This document shows positions 35,082 to 45,624 of a DNA stretch of 64,000 nt, piece by piece (positions within the stretch are counted from its first letter, which is position 1; every line of letters starts with the position of its first letter). Source of the DNA: Cloacimonetes bacterium SCGC AAA252-N17. Lineage in GTDB: Bacteria; Cloacimonadota; Cloacimonadia; JGIOTU-2. A program made the translations under genes and the position numbers. The notes under the pieces are model-generated. The model had not been told where the DNA came from. It saw only the letters and a program-made list of their open reading frames with translations, and did not search any database. Where the stretch lies: NCBI GenBank assembly GCA_000404785.1, contig ASNI01000003.1, forward strand, positions 7,731 to 71,730. The letters run 5' to 3'.

Positions 35082-37826
35082 CTAGCGTAATATCGCTACT
35101 TTGATGATTTTTTTCTCACCAGCTTGATTTTCAACGATGATAAAATAAACACCATTTGCGACAAAGTCGCCATATTCATTTTTACCATCCCACCGCATAC
35201 TGATATTACCTACATCATCGCTTTCTTTCACCAGTTCACCGGCTATGTCGTATATTCTAAGCTTGGTTTTAGGAGAAATGGGATCATCAAAGTTTGGAAA
35301 TATTTCACCCTCATTAGGATATCCCTCATGTCCAATCTTAAATGGATTTGGACAGAAGCATGGTTCATCAGTAGGTGGTTCAGCAGTTCCAAGCTCGACT
35401 ATCACTTGGTTATTATCTTCATTATACTCTTCTATATCGTAATCGGCATCCGCATGAATATAAATATCATGAGGAAGTGTATCTGGCATAGTCCAATTCA
35501 GAGAAACTGTTTCAGTATTTCCATTTCCCATTGGTCCAATAGTAAATGATCCAATTGGATTGACTATTATTGTTGGATCACCATCATAAAAACGAACAAC
35601 AAACTCACCAACAGTAGCACCACCCTCAGTATGGCATTCAATGGCAGCTTCAAAAGATACTACCTCTCCTTCGGCAGGATGAAGATTTGATACTGTTACA
35701 TTGTTTTCTGTTAATTCAAGATCAACATTTGATGTCCATAATGTAACATATTTTGGAGCAGTTGAATCAGAACAAGCATTTGCTGTATGGACTCTTAGAC
35801 CAATAAGACCTGAGTACAAATTATCAAATACCACATCAGTTGTTTCACCAGTTGCATCATCATATTGTCCATCGCCATTTGTATCCCATTCGTAGAGTAT
35901 GATTTCACCACCATCTGGATCATACGAACCAGAGCCATTCAATGTTATAGTTTCACCAATTTGACCAAAGTAAGGACCACCTGGATCTGCAATTGGAGCA
36001 TGAATTACACCATCATCTACTATTGTAAAATGGACATCTGTATCTGTTAAACTGTCACTACCAGTAACACGCAAAGTTACTTCAAAAGTATCTTCCACAG
36101 AATATTCCCATGTTACAAATTCACCAATAGCATCAGGATTATCCCAGTCAAGACCATCACTTGCATCAAAGTCCCATTCCCATTGAGTAATAAATTCCTC
36201 AGGATTTTGATGATATGAATTTGCACCTGAATAAGCAATCGGAGTATCAGTTGGTTGAGGTAGATTAGAAGAGCTAATAACTGCTATGGGTTGTAATTGA
36301 ACTACACCACGAGTTAATACTAATATTGCAGTAGGAGTTGTTCCTGCTGTCCATGTAATAGCATAAGTTCCACCGGGCCAGGAACCATCAGCATTTTGAC
36401 CATAATAGCTATTGTCAAGAAGGTAATCTGAAATCTCTTCATACCAGTCTATTGGTCCAGTACCAAATGTTGTAATATCGTAGAATTCCATTGCTTTTTT
36501 AAAACCATAAAGTGCATAGTAATTCCCACCTAACATTTCACCAGCCGATCCATCATAGGTATCATAGAAGTGAACATCTAAAAAATTTAGACCATTTACA
36601 ATTGTAGAATCAGTAATTGGTGTTCCAATATAATAATGACTTGCCAGACCTGCTCCTGTTTTAACATTATTATCCCAATAACCGGGGGATGTATATCCAA
36701 AACCACCATCAATATACTGACTATATTCAAGCCAATATGCCAGTTCAGTTTTTACCCATTCTGGTGTTTGTATTGGTGGCATATTTTGTTCAATTGCTTT
36801 CAGAGCAAGCACAGGCCATTGGACAGCTGAGTTATCACTTGAGCCATAATTACTAGTAGCAGCACCATATCGCCAACCACCACGTTGATTTCCAGAGGAT
36901 GCGTCAGTTTGTGACCATGCAATACAATTCATAGCATCTTCCATTATTTCGTAATATGTCATTCCAGCAAGGTTACCACTTGCAACAACACTATCCGGTT
37001 GATTGCTTGCTGCAACAGACAAGCACCCAATACCATTTGCATATACATTAGTAGAAAAATAAACTCCAATACCATCTCCATCAGTATCTGGATCACCAGC
37101 AGTTTGTACATTAATAGAAATGTTTCTGCCATGATGATTTATTATCCAATCTAAGCCTAATTGAACAGTTTCAGCATAAATATCCTCATCAGGATCATTA
37201 TTTCCGTGATGTGCATTCTCTTCAAATGCCAATACAGCCAAGCCAGTCGTACCCATTCCGTAATAATCACTTGAATCGTACCACCAGCCGCTTGCGTTTT
37301 GATTTAAATACAACCAGCGCAAACCATCTTCAATTGCAGCATTAATCCGCTGTTGTTTAGCAACAATCGGGATTACATCAATTGTTGCTTGATCAACATC
37401 TATTAGTCCATCGTCATCAGTCACTGTTAATGTGGCAGTTTTTATACCACCTGTAGTATAGGTATGTGTTACAGCAATATATCGAGCATCTGCAACAGCA
37501 CCTGTCAGAATATTTCCATCACCCAGATCCCATTCATAGTTTCCAGCTGAGATATCACCCCAATGTACGTTACCCCAAATTGTAATTTCTCTACCAACCC
37601 AACTATAATAATGAGGCATACAATTTACCATTGGTCCAGCTTGTTTTGATTGCATTATTTCATTCCAGTCATCAGGATCATTCAATTCAGGGGGAGGAGG
37701 TGCTGTTGAATATTTCTCAAGCAACTCCTGGGCTCGGTCTATCAAATCATCTGCCAACACAGATGATAACATAAAACCTAATGAAATAATAATTCCAATA
37801 AGTATTAATAATATCTGTTTTTTCAT
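35082..37826 (-). CDS. Secreted multidomain protein: PKD, prenyltransferase/terpenoid-cyclase-like alpha-toroid, PKD repeats, CARDB-like, T9SS/FlgD-Ig C-terminal domain
   Basis: Signal peptide; PKD-like WDLGDGN...TATLTVTDDDG and WDFDASDG / WDTNGDG; toroid-like repeats (AIEDGLRWLYLNQNASGWW). The C-terminus is IYDIAGELV...WDGKNEYGDFVANGVYFIIVENQAGEKKIIKVAILR. Confidence 0.8.
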   Translation of the reverse strand: MKKQILLILIGIIISLGFMLSSVLADDLIDRAQELLEKYSTAPPPPELNDPDDWNEIMQSKQAGPMVNCMPHYYSWVGREITIWGNVHWGDISAGNYEWDLGDGNILTGAVADARYIAVTHTYTTGGIKTATLTVTDDDGLIDVDQATIDVIPIVAKQQRINAAIEDGLRWLYLNQNASGWWYDSSDYYGMGTTGLAVLAFEENAHHGNNDPDEDIYAETVQLGLDWIINHHGRNISINVQTAGDPDTDGDGIGVYFSTNVYANGIGCLSVAASNQPDSVVASGNLAGMTYYEIMEDAMNCIAWSQTDASSGNQRGGWRYGAATSNYGSSDNSAVQWPVLALKAIEQNMPPIQTPEWVKTELAYWLEYSQYIDGGFGYTSPGYWDNNVKTGAGLASHYYIGTPITDSTIVNGLNFLDVHFYDTYDGSAGEMLGGNYYALYGFKKAMEFYDITTFGTGPIDWYEEISDYLLDNSYYGQNADGSWPGGTYAITWTAGTTPTAILVLTRGVVQLQPIAVISSSNLPQPTDTPIAYSGANSYHQNPEEFITQWEWDFDASDGLDWDNPDAIGEFVTWEYSVEDTFEVTLRVTGSDSLTDTDVHFTIVDDGVIHAPIADPGGPYFGQIGETITLNGSGSYDPDGGEIILYEWDTNGDGQYDDATGETTDVVFDNLYSGLIGLRVHTANACSDSTAPKYVTLWTSNVDLELTENNVTVSNLHPAEGEVVSFEAAIECHTEGGATVGEFVVRFYDGDPTIIVNPIGSFTIGPMGNGNTETVSLNWTMPDTLPHDIYIHADADYDIEEYNEDNNQVIVELGTAEPPTDEPCFCPNPFKIGHEGYPNEGEIFPNFDDPISPKTKLRIYDIAGELVKESDDVGNISMRWDGKNEYGDFVANGVYFIIVENQAGEKKIIKVAILR

Positions 37827-37941
37827 CCTGTTCTCCTTTTAATTTTATTTTTTTTTAGGAAACCTATTTAAGAAAGTAGTATCCAAAAATATGCCTATTG
37901 GAGACATTAATTGATCTGTGTGCATTTTAAATTTTTCCATA

Positions 37942-38272
37942 TTATTTCGAAAAGGGACACGCTGCAATACAGCTTGAACATCCGCCGCCATTTTCAACCC
38001 AAAACATGTAACATTTATCAACATCAACAGCCCAGCGTTTAACTCCGGGATTATTTGAAACACTCTATATTATATGAAGGTTCTACATCGCACGAAATCG
38101 CAGACACTTCACATGCATCAATGCATACTTTACATTTTTTGCAAAAATCTTGTAAAGAAAAATCTACGGGCTTGTCAACTATTTGTGAAAAATAAGTAGA
38201 AAATGTGCAATTTTCTGTTCGGATAGAATAGGTTTGCTTGTTTTTGAGTGTTGCATAGAATGAAACCAACAT
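37942..38272 (-). pseudogene. C-terminal remnant of a reductive-dehalogenase/QueG-like 2x[4Fe-4S] protein, frameshifted
   Basis: Frame A reads ...DKPVDFSLQDFCKKCKVCIDACEVSAISCDVEPSYNIE. After a 1-nt shift near 38060, frame B reads SVSNNPGVKRWAVDVDKCYMFWVENGGGCSSCIAACPFSK-stop. Only about 110 codons remain and there is no N-terminal domain. Confidence 0.55.
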
Positions 38273-38275
38273 CGT

Positions 38276-39379
38276 TTATCCTTTTAAAATCTCTTCGAGA
38301 CTAATGATGCAATAGGTTGTCACAAGTACTTTATTATTTTCCCACCATCTGCCGTTCTCATTCTGCCACCAGCCCTCTTCATTTTGTATTTTGATAAGTT
38401 GGTTTGAGAGTTCAGCTCTCCAGTCATGTTGGATACCATCATCGCCGACAATAATATCAGTATCATAGGCAGTGAGCGCTTTTGCCATCATGAGATAATA
38501 ATAAAAAAGTCCCTGATTGCCAAGTAACGGATTTGTTTCTACCACAAAATAATTGCTTATCCAGTTATACGCTGCCTGTACGCGCGGGTCTTCTTTATCA
38601 AGCTTTGCATAGATCATACTTTTCAAACCAGCATAGGTCATATTTCCGTAGGATGTTGAACCGCCGGCTTTACTTATACCGGGTTCGTACATAAATCCTC
38701 CATCGTTTTCAGAATATGATTCCGGATTATACTCTTCAAGATTCTGGCAACGCTGCAGAAAAATTATCGCTTTATCAAAAAAGAGCTTCTTTTCTTCAAT
38801 ATTGATAATTTCTTTCTTATTGATTTCAAGCTCATCTGTATAGACCGGTTCGCGCTCAAGCATCGCTTCCAAAGCCCAATGCAGGTTGGAAAGGTCAGGG
38901 CGCTCATCCCCACCATAGCCAACTCCGCCATAATATAAACTGTCAACGGTGTAACCCTCTTGCTCGTCGATTTGCAGACCCAGCAGGTATTTCTCACCCC
39001 TATCGATGATCTCGTTATACTGGGAATCATTTGCTTCTTTGAGAGCCATCAAACAGATCGAAGTGTTATAATTGGGCATATCATCGCCATAAATAGCTCC
39101 GTTTGGTTTTGCGCAGCTTGCAATGAAACCAAGCCCTTTTGCAACGGGCTCGAACTGGTAGCTTATATTTGGATTGCTGTTGACAATTGCAATAACAGCG
39201 AGTGCAGTGATCGCAGGATAGTATTGCCAGCTTCCGTTATCTTCCTGCTGCTCAACAAGCCACTGCAAACCTAACTTAATAGAATGTTCCATCTCATGAG
39301 CTAATGAGAGATCAATTTCTGCATGGCTGAAAGAAACAACAATAAGTGTCATAATTATAATTAAAAAAAATCGTTTCAT
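38276..39379 (-). CDS. Secreted prenyltransferase/squalene-oxidase-repeat (terpenoid cyclase-like toroid) protein
   Basis: Signal peptide and repeated motifs LQWLVEQQEDNGSW, CAKPNGA, QNEEGWWQNENGRW. Confidence 0.8.
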   Translation of the reverse strand: MKRFFLIIIMTLIVVSFSHAEIDLSLAHEMEHSIKLGLQWLVEQQEDNGSWQYYPAITALAVIAIVNSNPNISYQFEPVAKGLGFIASCAKPNGAIYGDDMPNYNTSICLMALKEANDSQYNEIIDRGEKYLLGLQIDEQEGYTVDSLYYGGVGYGGDERPDLSNLHWALEAMLEREPVYTDELEINKKEIINIEEKKLFFDKAIIFLQRCQNLEEYNPESYSENDGGFMYEPGISKAGGSTSYGNMTYAGLKSMIYAKLDKEDPRVQAAYNWISNYFVVETNPLLGNQGLFYYYLMMAKALTAYDTDIIVGDDGIQHDWRAELSNQLIKIQNEEGWWQNENGRWWENNKVLVTTYCIISLEEILKG

Positions 39380-39395
39380 GCATATCCTCCAATAA

Positions 39396-40058
39396 TTAAT
39401 CTAATGCTTTTATCTTGATCGTTGCTTTTGTTCCTTTTTCAGGAACTATGTTTTTGTTTGCTTCATAAAATGTATCATCAGTAATGGTAGGAAGCGGACT
39501 GTGGATTATCGTAAAAGGATCATGATATGTTCTCATAATATTTTGATCGAGACCTGCCATAAATTGTCCATTAACGATCTTTGAACCGAGGAATATCCAG
39601 TGAGTTTTCAGCATTTCACGTTTCTGGGGAATATTCCACACTAAACGCTCGACCCGCTCTTCATGTGTTACCCCAAGAGTATCTGCCCAGATCGCATATA
39701 CAAGCAAAGAATCTCCTTCAGGCATTGTGTCATAATTGCCAAGTTCCATATTTTGTCCGCATTCCAGTCCGAGAAGCAATAGCGAAGTCTGGATATATGC
39801 AGGGAGAGCATCTGTTTTCAATATAGTTTCATGCAATCTCCCTTGGGGACCAACGAGAATGGTTTCGATGAGTCCCCTATTCATATTGAATTCTGCTGGG
39901 AAAGTGATCTCTCTGTTGGCAATATCAATTTTGATGTTATCTATTTTGTAGGTGTTTTCATCAATTTTCATAATTAGTGAATCAGGGGTTTGTGCACATA
40001 AAAATGAGGAGAAGAATATCAGTAACACGCCAACCATAAATACTTTATAAAATTTCAT
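39396..40058 (-). CDS. Secreted hypothetical protein (possibly YdjY-like domain)
   Basis: Signal peptide MKFYKVFMVGVLLIFFSSFLCAQ, then REITFPAEFNMNRGLIETILVGPQGRLHETIL...LLLLGLE. The family call is tentative. Confidence 0.6.
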   Translation of the reverse strand: MKFYKVFMVGVLLIFFSSFLCAQTPDSLIMKIDENTYKIDNIKIDIANREITFPAEFNMNRGLIETILVGPQGRLHETILKTDALPAYIQTSLLLLGLECGQNMELGNYDTMPEGDSLLVYAIWADTLGVTHEERVERLVWNIPQKREMLKTHWIFLGSKIVNGQFMAGLDQNIMRTYHDPFTIIHSPLPTITDDTFYEANKNIVPEKGTKATIKIKALD

Positions 40059-40123
40059 ATAAACCTCTTATAATATTTCATATTATTTGCTGATAATAAT
40101 GTCAAGATAACTGCACATTTATT

Positions 40124-41695
40124 TTACCGAAGTACTGCAATTTTAATGACAGCTTTTTCGCCGGCTTTATTTTCCACGATTATAAAATATACACCGTTTG
40201 CAACAAAATCGTCGGATCCGTTCTTTCCGTTCCATGTTACTTCTTCGGAACTTATATTTTTATTCTCTAAAACCAGTTCACCTGATGTGTCGTAAATCTT
40301 CACTTGTGTTATTGGTGAATCATCATGTGCAAAGTCCAAATGCGCAATGCCCAATCCCCCATTTATTTCCGGATTATATGGATTCGGATCAAAATAGGAT
40401 TGTGTGATAGGAGTAGCGCTTTTTACAAGAGTTTGAATATATTTTGTTGTTGTGACAATATCATTTCCAATTGTGCAATAATTGATGAGCGTGTCTGGAG
40501 TTTGAATGCCGGAAAGCACTCTCACTTCTACCCAGACTTCCTCTTTTTCTCCACCTGCAGGCAGATTTCCGATATTCCACGTAATAGTATGCTCCTGCTG
40601 ATTATAAACACCGTCAGAGCTCATATTATGCATTGATATATGCTGATCTGAAGGAAGCCAATCTGTTATAAGTACATTGTCTAATGGATAGTTAAGTAAA
40701 TTTTTAAATGAGATAGTATAGCGCATCACACTGTTTGGAGCTATCCATGTGAAAACGCCATCATCTTTCTGCACATCAAAGGGATTGTAGCCAATATCTT
40801 GATCCGGTATGCACATTCCGGAAGGATAGACTATCTCTTCATCTTCAAGTACATAGAGCACCTCAAGAAGGTCATCGAGCACAAGAATTTTATTTATACC
40901 TGATGTTGTACTCAAAGAAGCAAATACATTTCCTGTGAACTTATCAACAGCTAATTTCATGACATAACTGTCTGCAGTGAGTGCATAAGATCGTAATGTT
41001 GAGGATTGGAGATCATATTGAAGTATCTTGGAACCATAGTTACGGTTCGCAACATAGAGATATCTCCCGTCATCGATGGCAATCGATGTAGGTTTTTGAG
41101 ATACTTCCACGCTTCCTGAATGAGACAGGTCATACGCAGAAAAATAATGAACATACTTTTGAGAACTGTCAGCCACATATAGCAGATCATTCTTCTCATC
41201 AATTGCAAGATCCTGACCGCTCACGATATTTTCGAGTTCAGTATAATAAGGAGCAAAAGCATTTGCATAAGCAAAGGTCGTATCCTGATAATGCCAGATA
41301 TAGTTATAAAGTTTGTTGGTATTCCTTTCTAACGCATAAAGAGTATTCGTTTCATTATAATATTTGATACTTGCAGGATTAGATATTTCTCCTAATTGAG
41401 CACCCCCCCAGCTTGTAAGCATGGATGCATTTACCATTTCGATTATATTACTATTTTTGAAAGATATAAATAGAAGCTCGTTTTCCGGCTCTACGCAAAT
41501 ATCATACGCACCGGTTCCATGACTGGGAATGTTCAGTATCTCCTGTTTTTGTATGCCCTCATGCTGAAGATCATAAGAGAGAATGACCGTTGTCGGCGCT
41601 CCGTACATATTACCGATGGCAAACATCGATTTTGCTGAGACATTACAAGTGAGACTAAAAAAACTAATGATAAAAATCAGAAATATTCTTTTCAT
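40124..41695 (-). CDS. Secreted beta-propeller-like protein with DUF11/CARDB-like domain and T9SS/FlgD-Ig C-terminal domain
   Basis: Signal peptide. The C-terminus IYDTSGELV...WNGKNGSDDFVANGVYFIIVENKAGEKAVIKIAVLR is nearly identical in its core to that of 35082-37826. Confidence 0.75.
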   Translation of the reverse strand: MKRIFLIFIISFFSLTCNVSAKSMFAIGNMYGAPTTVILSYDLQHEGIQKQEILNIPSHGTGAYDICVEPENELLFISFKNSNIIEMVNASMLTSWGGAQLGEISNPASIKYYNETNTLYALERNTNKLYNYIWHYQDTTFAYANAFAPYYTELENIVSGQDLAIDEKNDLLYVADSSQKYVHYFSAYDLSHSGSVEVSQKPTSIAIDDGRYLYVANRNYGSKILQYDLQSSTLRSYALTADSYVMKLAVDKFTGNVFASLSTTSGINKILVLDDLLEVLYVLEDEEIVYPSGMCIPDQDIGYNPFDVQKDDGVFTWIAPNSVMRYTISFKNLLNYPLDNVLITDWLPSDQHISMHNMSSDGVYNQQEHTITWNIGNLPAGGEKEEVWVEVRVLSGIQTPDTLINYCTIGNDIVTTTKYIQTLVKSATPITQSYFDPNPYNPEINGGLGIAHLDFAHDDSPITQVKIYDTSGELVLENKNISSEEVTWNGKNGSDDFVANGVYFIIVENKAGEKAVIKIAVLR

Positions 41696-41715
41696 GTTTT
41701 TCTCCTGACAAAAAT

Positions 41716-42837
41716 TTAATTCATCTTATCGTATTTATTTTTGAACTGCTTAATGCTTGTATATATCGCTTTTGCAGCTCTTTCCTGAAAATTCTTGGAA
41801 AGCAGTTTTTTTTCTTCATATTTATTTGACAGATAGGCAACTTCAACCAGTACAGCAGGCATGAACGCACCGCGAAGTACATAGAAATTTGCCTGCCGCA
41901 CGCCATTATTTTTTGTGGAGAGTGTATTGACAAGCTGCTTCTGGCACATTTCTGAAAGTTCGCTGCTCTCATTCAGATATTCAGTTTGGCGCATATCATA
42001 GAGAATAAAATCAAGATCAGTGTAACGGGATATACTCTCCTGATCCTCAAACTTGATAACTTCATTTTCCATTGCCTCAACAGCTCGCGCTTCATGTGTT
42101 TGTGCAGTGGAAAGATAATATACTTCGGAGCCGTTTGCCTTAGTGTTATACGCTGCGTTGCAGTGAATGCTCACAAAAATATCTGCCTGATTTTTATTGG
42201 CAAAATCTGTTCTGTCGCCCAAAGATACAAACCTGTCATCATGCCGTGTAAGAAGTACTTTCACATCGAGATTTTTCTCGAGGTGAGCTTTCACTTTTTT
42301 CGCTATATTAAGCACAATATCCTTTTCTTTCAATCCGATGATCCGTCCCACCGCACCAGGATCCTTTCCCCCATGACCGGGATCGAGCACAATTGTCTTT
42401 ATAAGATATTTCTGCATAGAGGAAAAATTTATGATGATCGAACCGTCATCCAGTGTGACTTCATCAGGGAAAAATTTATCAGCACAGAGGTTAAGAAAAT
42501 AGTCCGGAACATAAAAGAATCCGTTGATGACCTGAATATCATCGTGAAGATTGTAGCTATGTTTGCCAAAACGTACCCAATTATTGAAAAAAGAGAAATC
42601 GCACTTTTTCTCAAATGTAATAAGACCAATGGTTTGTGATTTCTGATCTGTTTTAATAGAACCATCAAAGATACGTTCAAGATCATAAAGGTTCAGAAAA
42701 TTCCTACCCTCGATCTCCATAACTGGCAGATGGTCATTGCGCGTGGAATTCAGGTAAGACACAGTATATTCTTTCGCCCAAAGCTGAGAGCCAAAGAACA
42801 GCATCAAAATTATTATTAAATATCTCTTAATTATCAT
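41716..42837 (-). CDS. N-acetylmuramoyl-L-alanine amidase (Amidase_3, AmiC-like)
   Basis: IVLDPGHGGKDPGAVG, FVSIHCNA and ANFYVLRG..MPAVLVEVAYLSN. Confidence 0.88.
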   Translation of the reverse strand: MIIKRYLIIILMLFFGSQLWAKEYTVSYLNSTRNDHLPVMEIEGRNFLNLYDLERIFDGSIKTDQKSQTIGLITFEKKCDFSFFNNWVRFGKHSYNLHDDIQVINGFFYVPDYFLNLCADKFFPDEVTLDDGSIIINFSSMQKYLIKTIVLDPGHGGKDPGAVGRIIGLKEKDIVLNIAKKVKAHLEKNLDVKVLLTRHDDRFVSLGDRTDFANKNQADIFVSIHCNAAYNTKANGSEVYYLSTAQTHEARAVEAMENEVIKFEDQESISRYTDLDFILYDMRQTEYLNESSELSEMCQKQLVNTLSTKNNGVRQANFYVLRGAFMPAVLVEVAYLSNKYEEKKLLSKNFQERAAKAIYTSIKQFKNKYDKMN

Positions 42838-42923
42838 AATTATATTGATTGATATATTTTCAGTTGAGTAATTTTTGTCAATTTATTATTGACACTTCGG
42901 AGAAGCACTCAGGAAATGTTCGT

Positions 42924-45614
42924 ATGAAAAAACCAATTTATGTCATCGATGGAACAGCCATAATATATCGTTCTTATTTTGCTTTCAAGAATCGTCCACT
43001 TATCAATTCAAAGGGCGAGAACACCAGTGCGATCTTCGGTTTTTTGCGAACGATCATATCCTTACTTGAGCGTTTTGAACCTGAATATTTTGTGATAACT
43101 TTTGATGAACGAGAGCCAACATTCCGCCATAAAACCTACAAAGAATACAAAGCAACGCGGGATAAAATGCCTGAAGACCTGGTCGAACAGCTTGAGCCGA
43201 TCCTTGAGATAGTTAAGCTATCGAACATTGCAAAACTATCCAAAGCTGGCTACGAGGCAGATGATATAATTGCCACACTGGCAGAGCGTTATGAAAATGA
43301 GCACGATATTGTAATTGTGTCTACAGATAAAGATCTGTATCAGCTTGTTGACAACCATGTTAAATTATATGATCATTCAAAAGACAGATTCATCGGCATT
43401 GAAGAGGTTGAGGAAAAATTTGATGTTCCACCCGGAAAAATTGTCGATCTTTTAGCTCTTGCCGGGGATTCATCCGACAATGTACCAGGCATTCCAAAGA
43501 TAGGACCAATAACAGCAGCAAAGCTCATTAAGGAATATGGTGATCTGGAAGAAATTATCAGCCATGCTGATGAGATAACTTCTGAGAAAATAAAGAACAA
43601 TATTACTGAGTATGCAGATCAAGGACGGCTTTCTAAGAAGCTGGTAACGCTTGATATGAACGTTCCTATCAATCTCGAAATAGATTCAATGAAAGTGCCG
43701 GATATTTTTACTGACGCATTAAAAGAATTTTGCATCCGCTACGAAATGTTTGCCTTCATGAAGCATTTTGATAGTGAGATCGAGCAGACCAAAAAGAAAA
43801 AATTTTCCGCCAGCTGGCGGATAGTTGATAATGAGAGATCATTCTCAGCACTTTTGTCTTTGCTGAAAAAGAACGAATATATTGCAGTTGATCTCGAAAC
43901 GGATTCCTGCAGCCCGATCGATGGTCGTATTGTAGGCATTTCCTTTTGCGTAAATGATGAAAAATCCTACTACATACCAGTCGGACATATCTTTGGAAAA
44001 CAACTCGATAAAAGCAGAGTGCTAACTGACCTTAAAGCGATTTTAGCGGATCACTCAAAAAAATTTATCGGGCATAATATCAAGTTTGATTATATGGTTT
44101 TTCAAAATGAAGGCATTGAAATTCATAATCTTTATTTTGATACTATGATCGCATCTTATGTGCTTGCTCCTGAAGAACACCGTCACAACCTGAATGAAGT
44201 CAGCATGAAATATCTTCAACACAAAATGGTACCCATCACAGACATAATCGGCAAAGGGAAAAATCAAATCCAGTTTGGAGAGGCTGAGATCGAAACTGCG
44301 GCAGAGTACGCTGCAGAAGATGCATGCATTACCTTTCTTCTTTGGGAAAAACTCAAAACCCAGATAGATAAAGTCGAGCTTTCAAAACTTTTTTATGATA
44401 TTGAAATGCCTTTAGTGAAAGCACTTGCACAAATGGAAAGAAACGGCATTTATATCGATATAGATATCTTCAAGAGGATCTCAAAAGAGCTGTATCAGAA
44501 GCTCGAAGAGTTGCAGGATACAATCTATTATAAAACCGGTGAAAACTTCAATATTGATTCACCATCACAGCTTTCAGAAATACTCTTTGATAAGATGGGA
44601 ATGCCTATCATCAAAAGGACTAAAACCGGCTATTCGACTGATATTGAGGTGCTTACAAAATTGAGCAGAACCTTTGAGCTTGCTCGGGATATCATTGATT
44701 ACAGGCAGTTAAAAAAATTGCAATCAACCTATATTAATGCCTTCCCAAAACTAATCAATCGCAGAACTAATCGCATACATTCTTCTTTTAATCAGACTGT
44801 TACAGCAACAGGGCGGCTTTCAAGTTCCAATCCAAACCTGCAGAATATACCGATCAGAACTGAGATTGGCAGAGAGATGAGAAAGGGTTTCATTCCGGGG
44901 AAAAGCAACCATCTTATCCTCTCTGCCGACTACTCACAGATCGAACTCCGCATTGTTGCATTGCTCTCAAAGGACCAAAAAATGATCGAGAACTTCAATA
45001 AAGGTGAAGATATACATTCACAAACTGCTGCTACGATTTTTGGAATCGATGAAAAAGAAATTAATCCCGATCAGAGGAGACAAGCAAAAGTCATAAACTT
45101 CGGTATTATTTACGGAATGGGTGCATTCTCATTATCAGAAGATCTTGGCATTTCCCGGGCAGAAGCACAGAAATTTATCGATAACTATTTTTCCTTTTAC
45201 AAAGATGTTTACAACTATCTTGGATCAACAAAAAAATTCGCTCATGATAAAGGATATGTTAAGACCATTTTTAATAGACGGAGATACCTTCCGGGCATCA
45301 ATAGCAGGAACAGAAATGTGCAGGCAAATGAAGAACGTATGGCAATAAACATGCCAATTCAAGGTACTGCAGCAGATATGATAAAAATCGCAATGAATGC
45401 ACTTTACGGTAAGATATTTAATAAAATAGATGAGATAATGATGATTATCCAGGTTCATGATGAACTGGTCTTTGAGATTAGAAAGGATAAAATAGATTTT
45501 TATCAAAAATTAATAAAACAAGAAATGGAAAATGTGCTACCGAAAGAGTATGCCGGCATCGTTCCTATAAAGGTTGATATCGGTTATGGTAAAAGCTGGT
45601 ATGACGCACATTGA
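42924..45614 (+). CDS. polA: DNA polymerase I
   Basis: 5' nuclease domain (YVIDGTAIIYRSYFA), 3'-5' exonuclease domain (AVDLETDS) and polymerase motifs (LLSADYSQIELRI, RRQAKVINFGIIYG, IQVHDELVFE). Confidence 0.95.
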   Translation: MKKPIYVIDGTAIIYRSYFAFKNRPLINSKGENTSAIFGFLRTIISLLERFEPEYFVITFDEREPTFRHKTYKEYKATRDKMPEDLVEQLEPILEIVKLSNIAKLSKAGYEADDIIATLAERYENEHDIVIVSTDKDLYQLVDNHVKLYDHSKDRFIGIEEVEEKFDVPPGKIVDLLALAGDSSDNVPGIPKIGPITAAKLIKEYGDLEEIISHADEITSEKIKNNITEYADQGRLSKKLVTLDMNVPINLEIDSMKVPDIFTDALKEFCIRYEMFAFMKHFDSEIEQTKKKKFSASWRIVDNERSFSALLSLLKKNEYIAVDLETDSCSPIDGRIVGISFCVNDEKSYYIPVGHIFGKQLDKSRVLTDLKAILADHSKKFIGHNIKFDYMVFQNEGIEIHNLYFDTMIASYVLAPEEHRHNLNEVSMKYLQHKMVPITDIIGKGKNQIQFGEAEIETAAEYAAEDACITFLLWEKLKTQIDKVELSKLFYDIEMPLVKALAQMERNGIYIDIDIFKRISKELYQKLEELQDTIYYKTGENFNIDSPSQLSEILFDKMGMPIIKRTKTGYSTDIEVLTKLSRTFELARDIIDYRQLKKLQSTYINAFPKLINRRTNRIHSSFNQTVTATGRLSSSNPNLQNIPIRTEIGREMRKGFIPGKSNHLILSADYSQIELRIVALLSKDQKMIENFNKGEDIHSQTAATIFGIDEKEINPDQRRQAKVINFGIIYGMGAFSLSEDLGISRAEAQKFIDNYFSFYKDVYNYLGSTKKFAHDKGYVKTIFNRRRYLPGINSRNRNVQANEERMAINMPIQGTAADMIKIAMNALYGKIFNKIDEIMMIIQVHDELVFEIRKDKIDFYQKLIKQEMENVLPKEYAGIVPIKVDIGYGKSWYDAH

Positions 45615-45624
45615 TAAGGATAAA

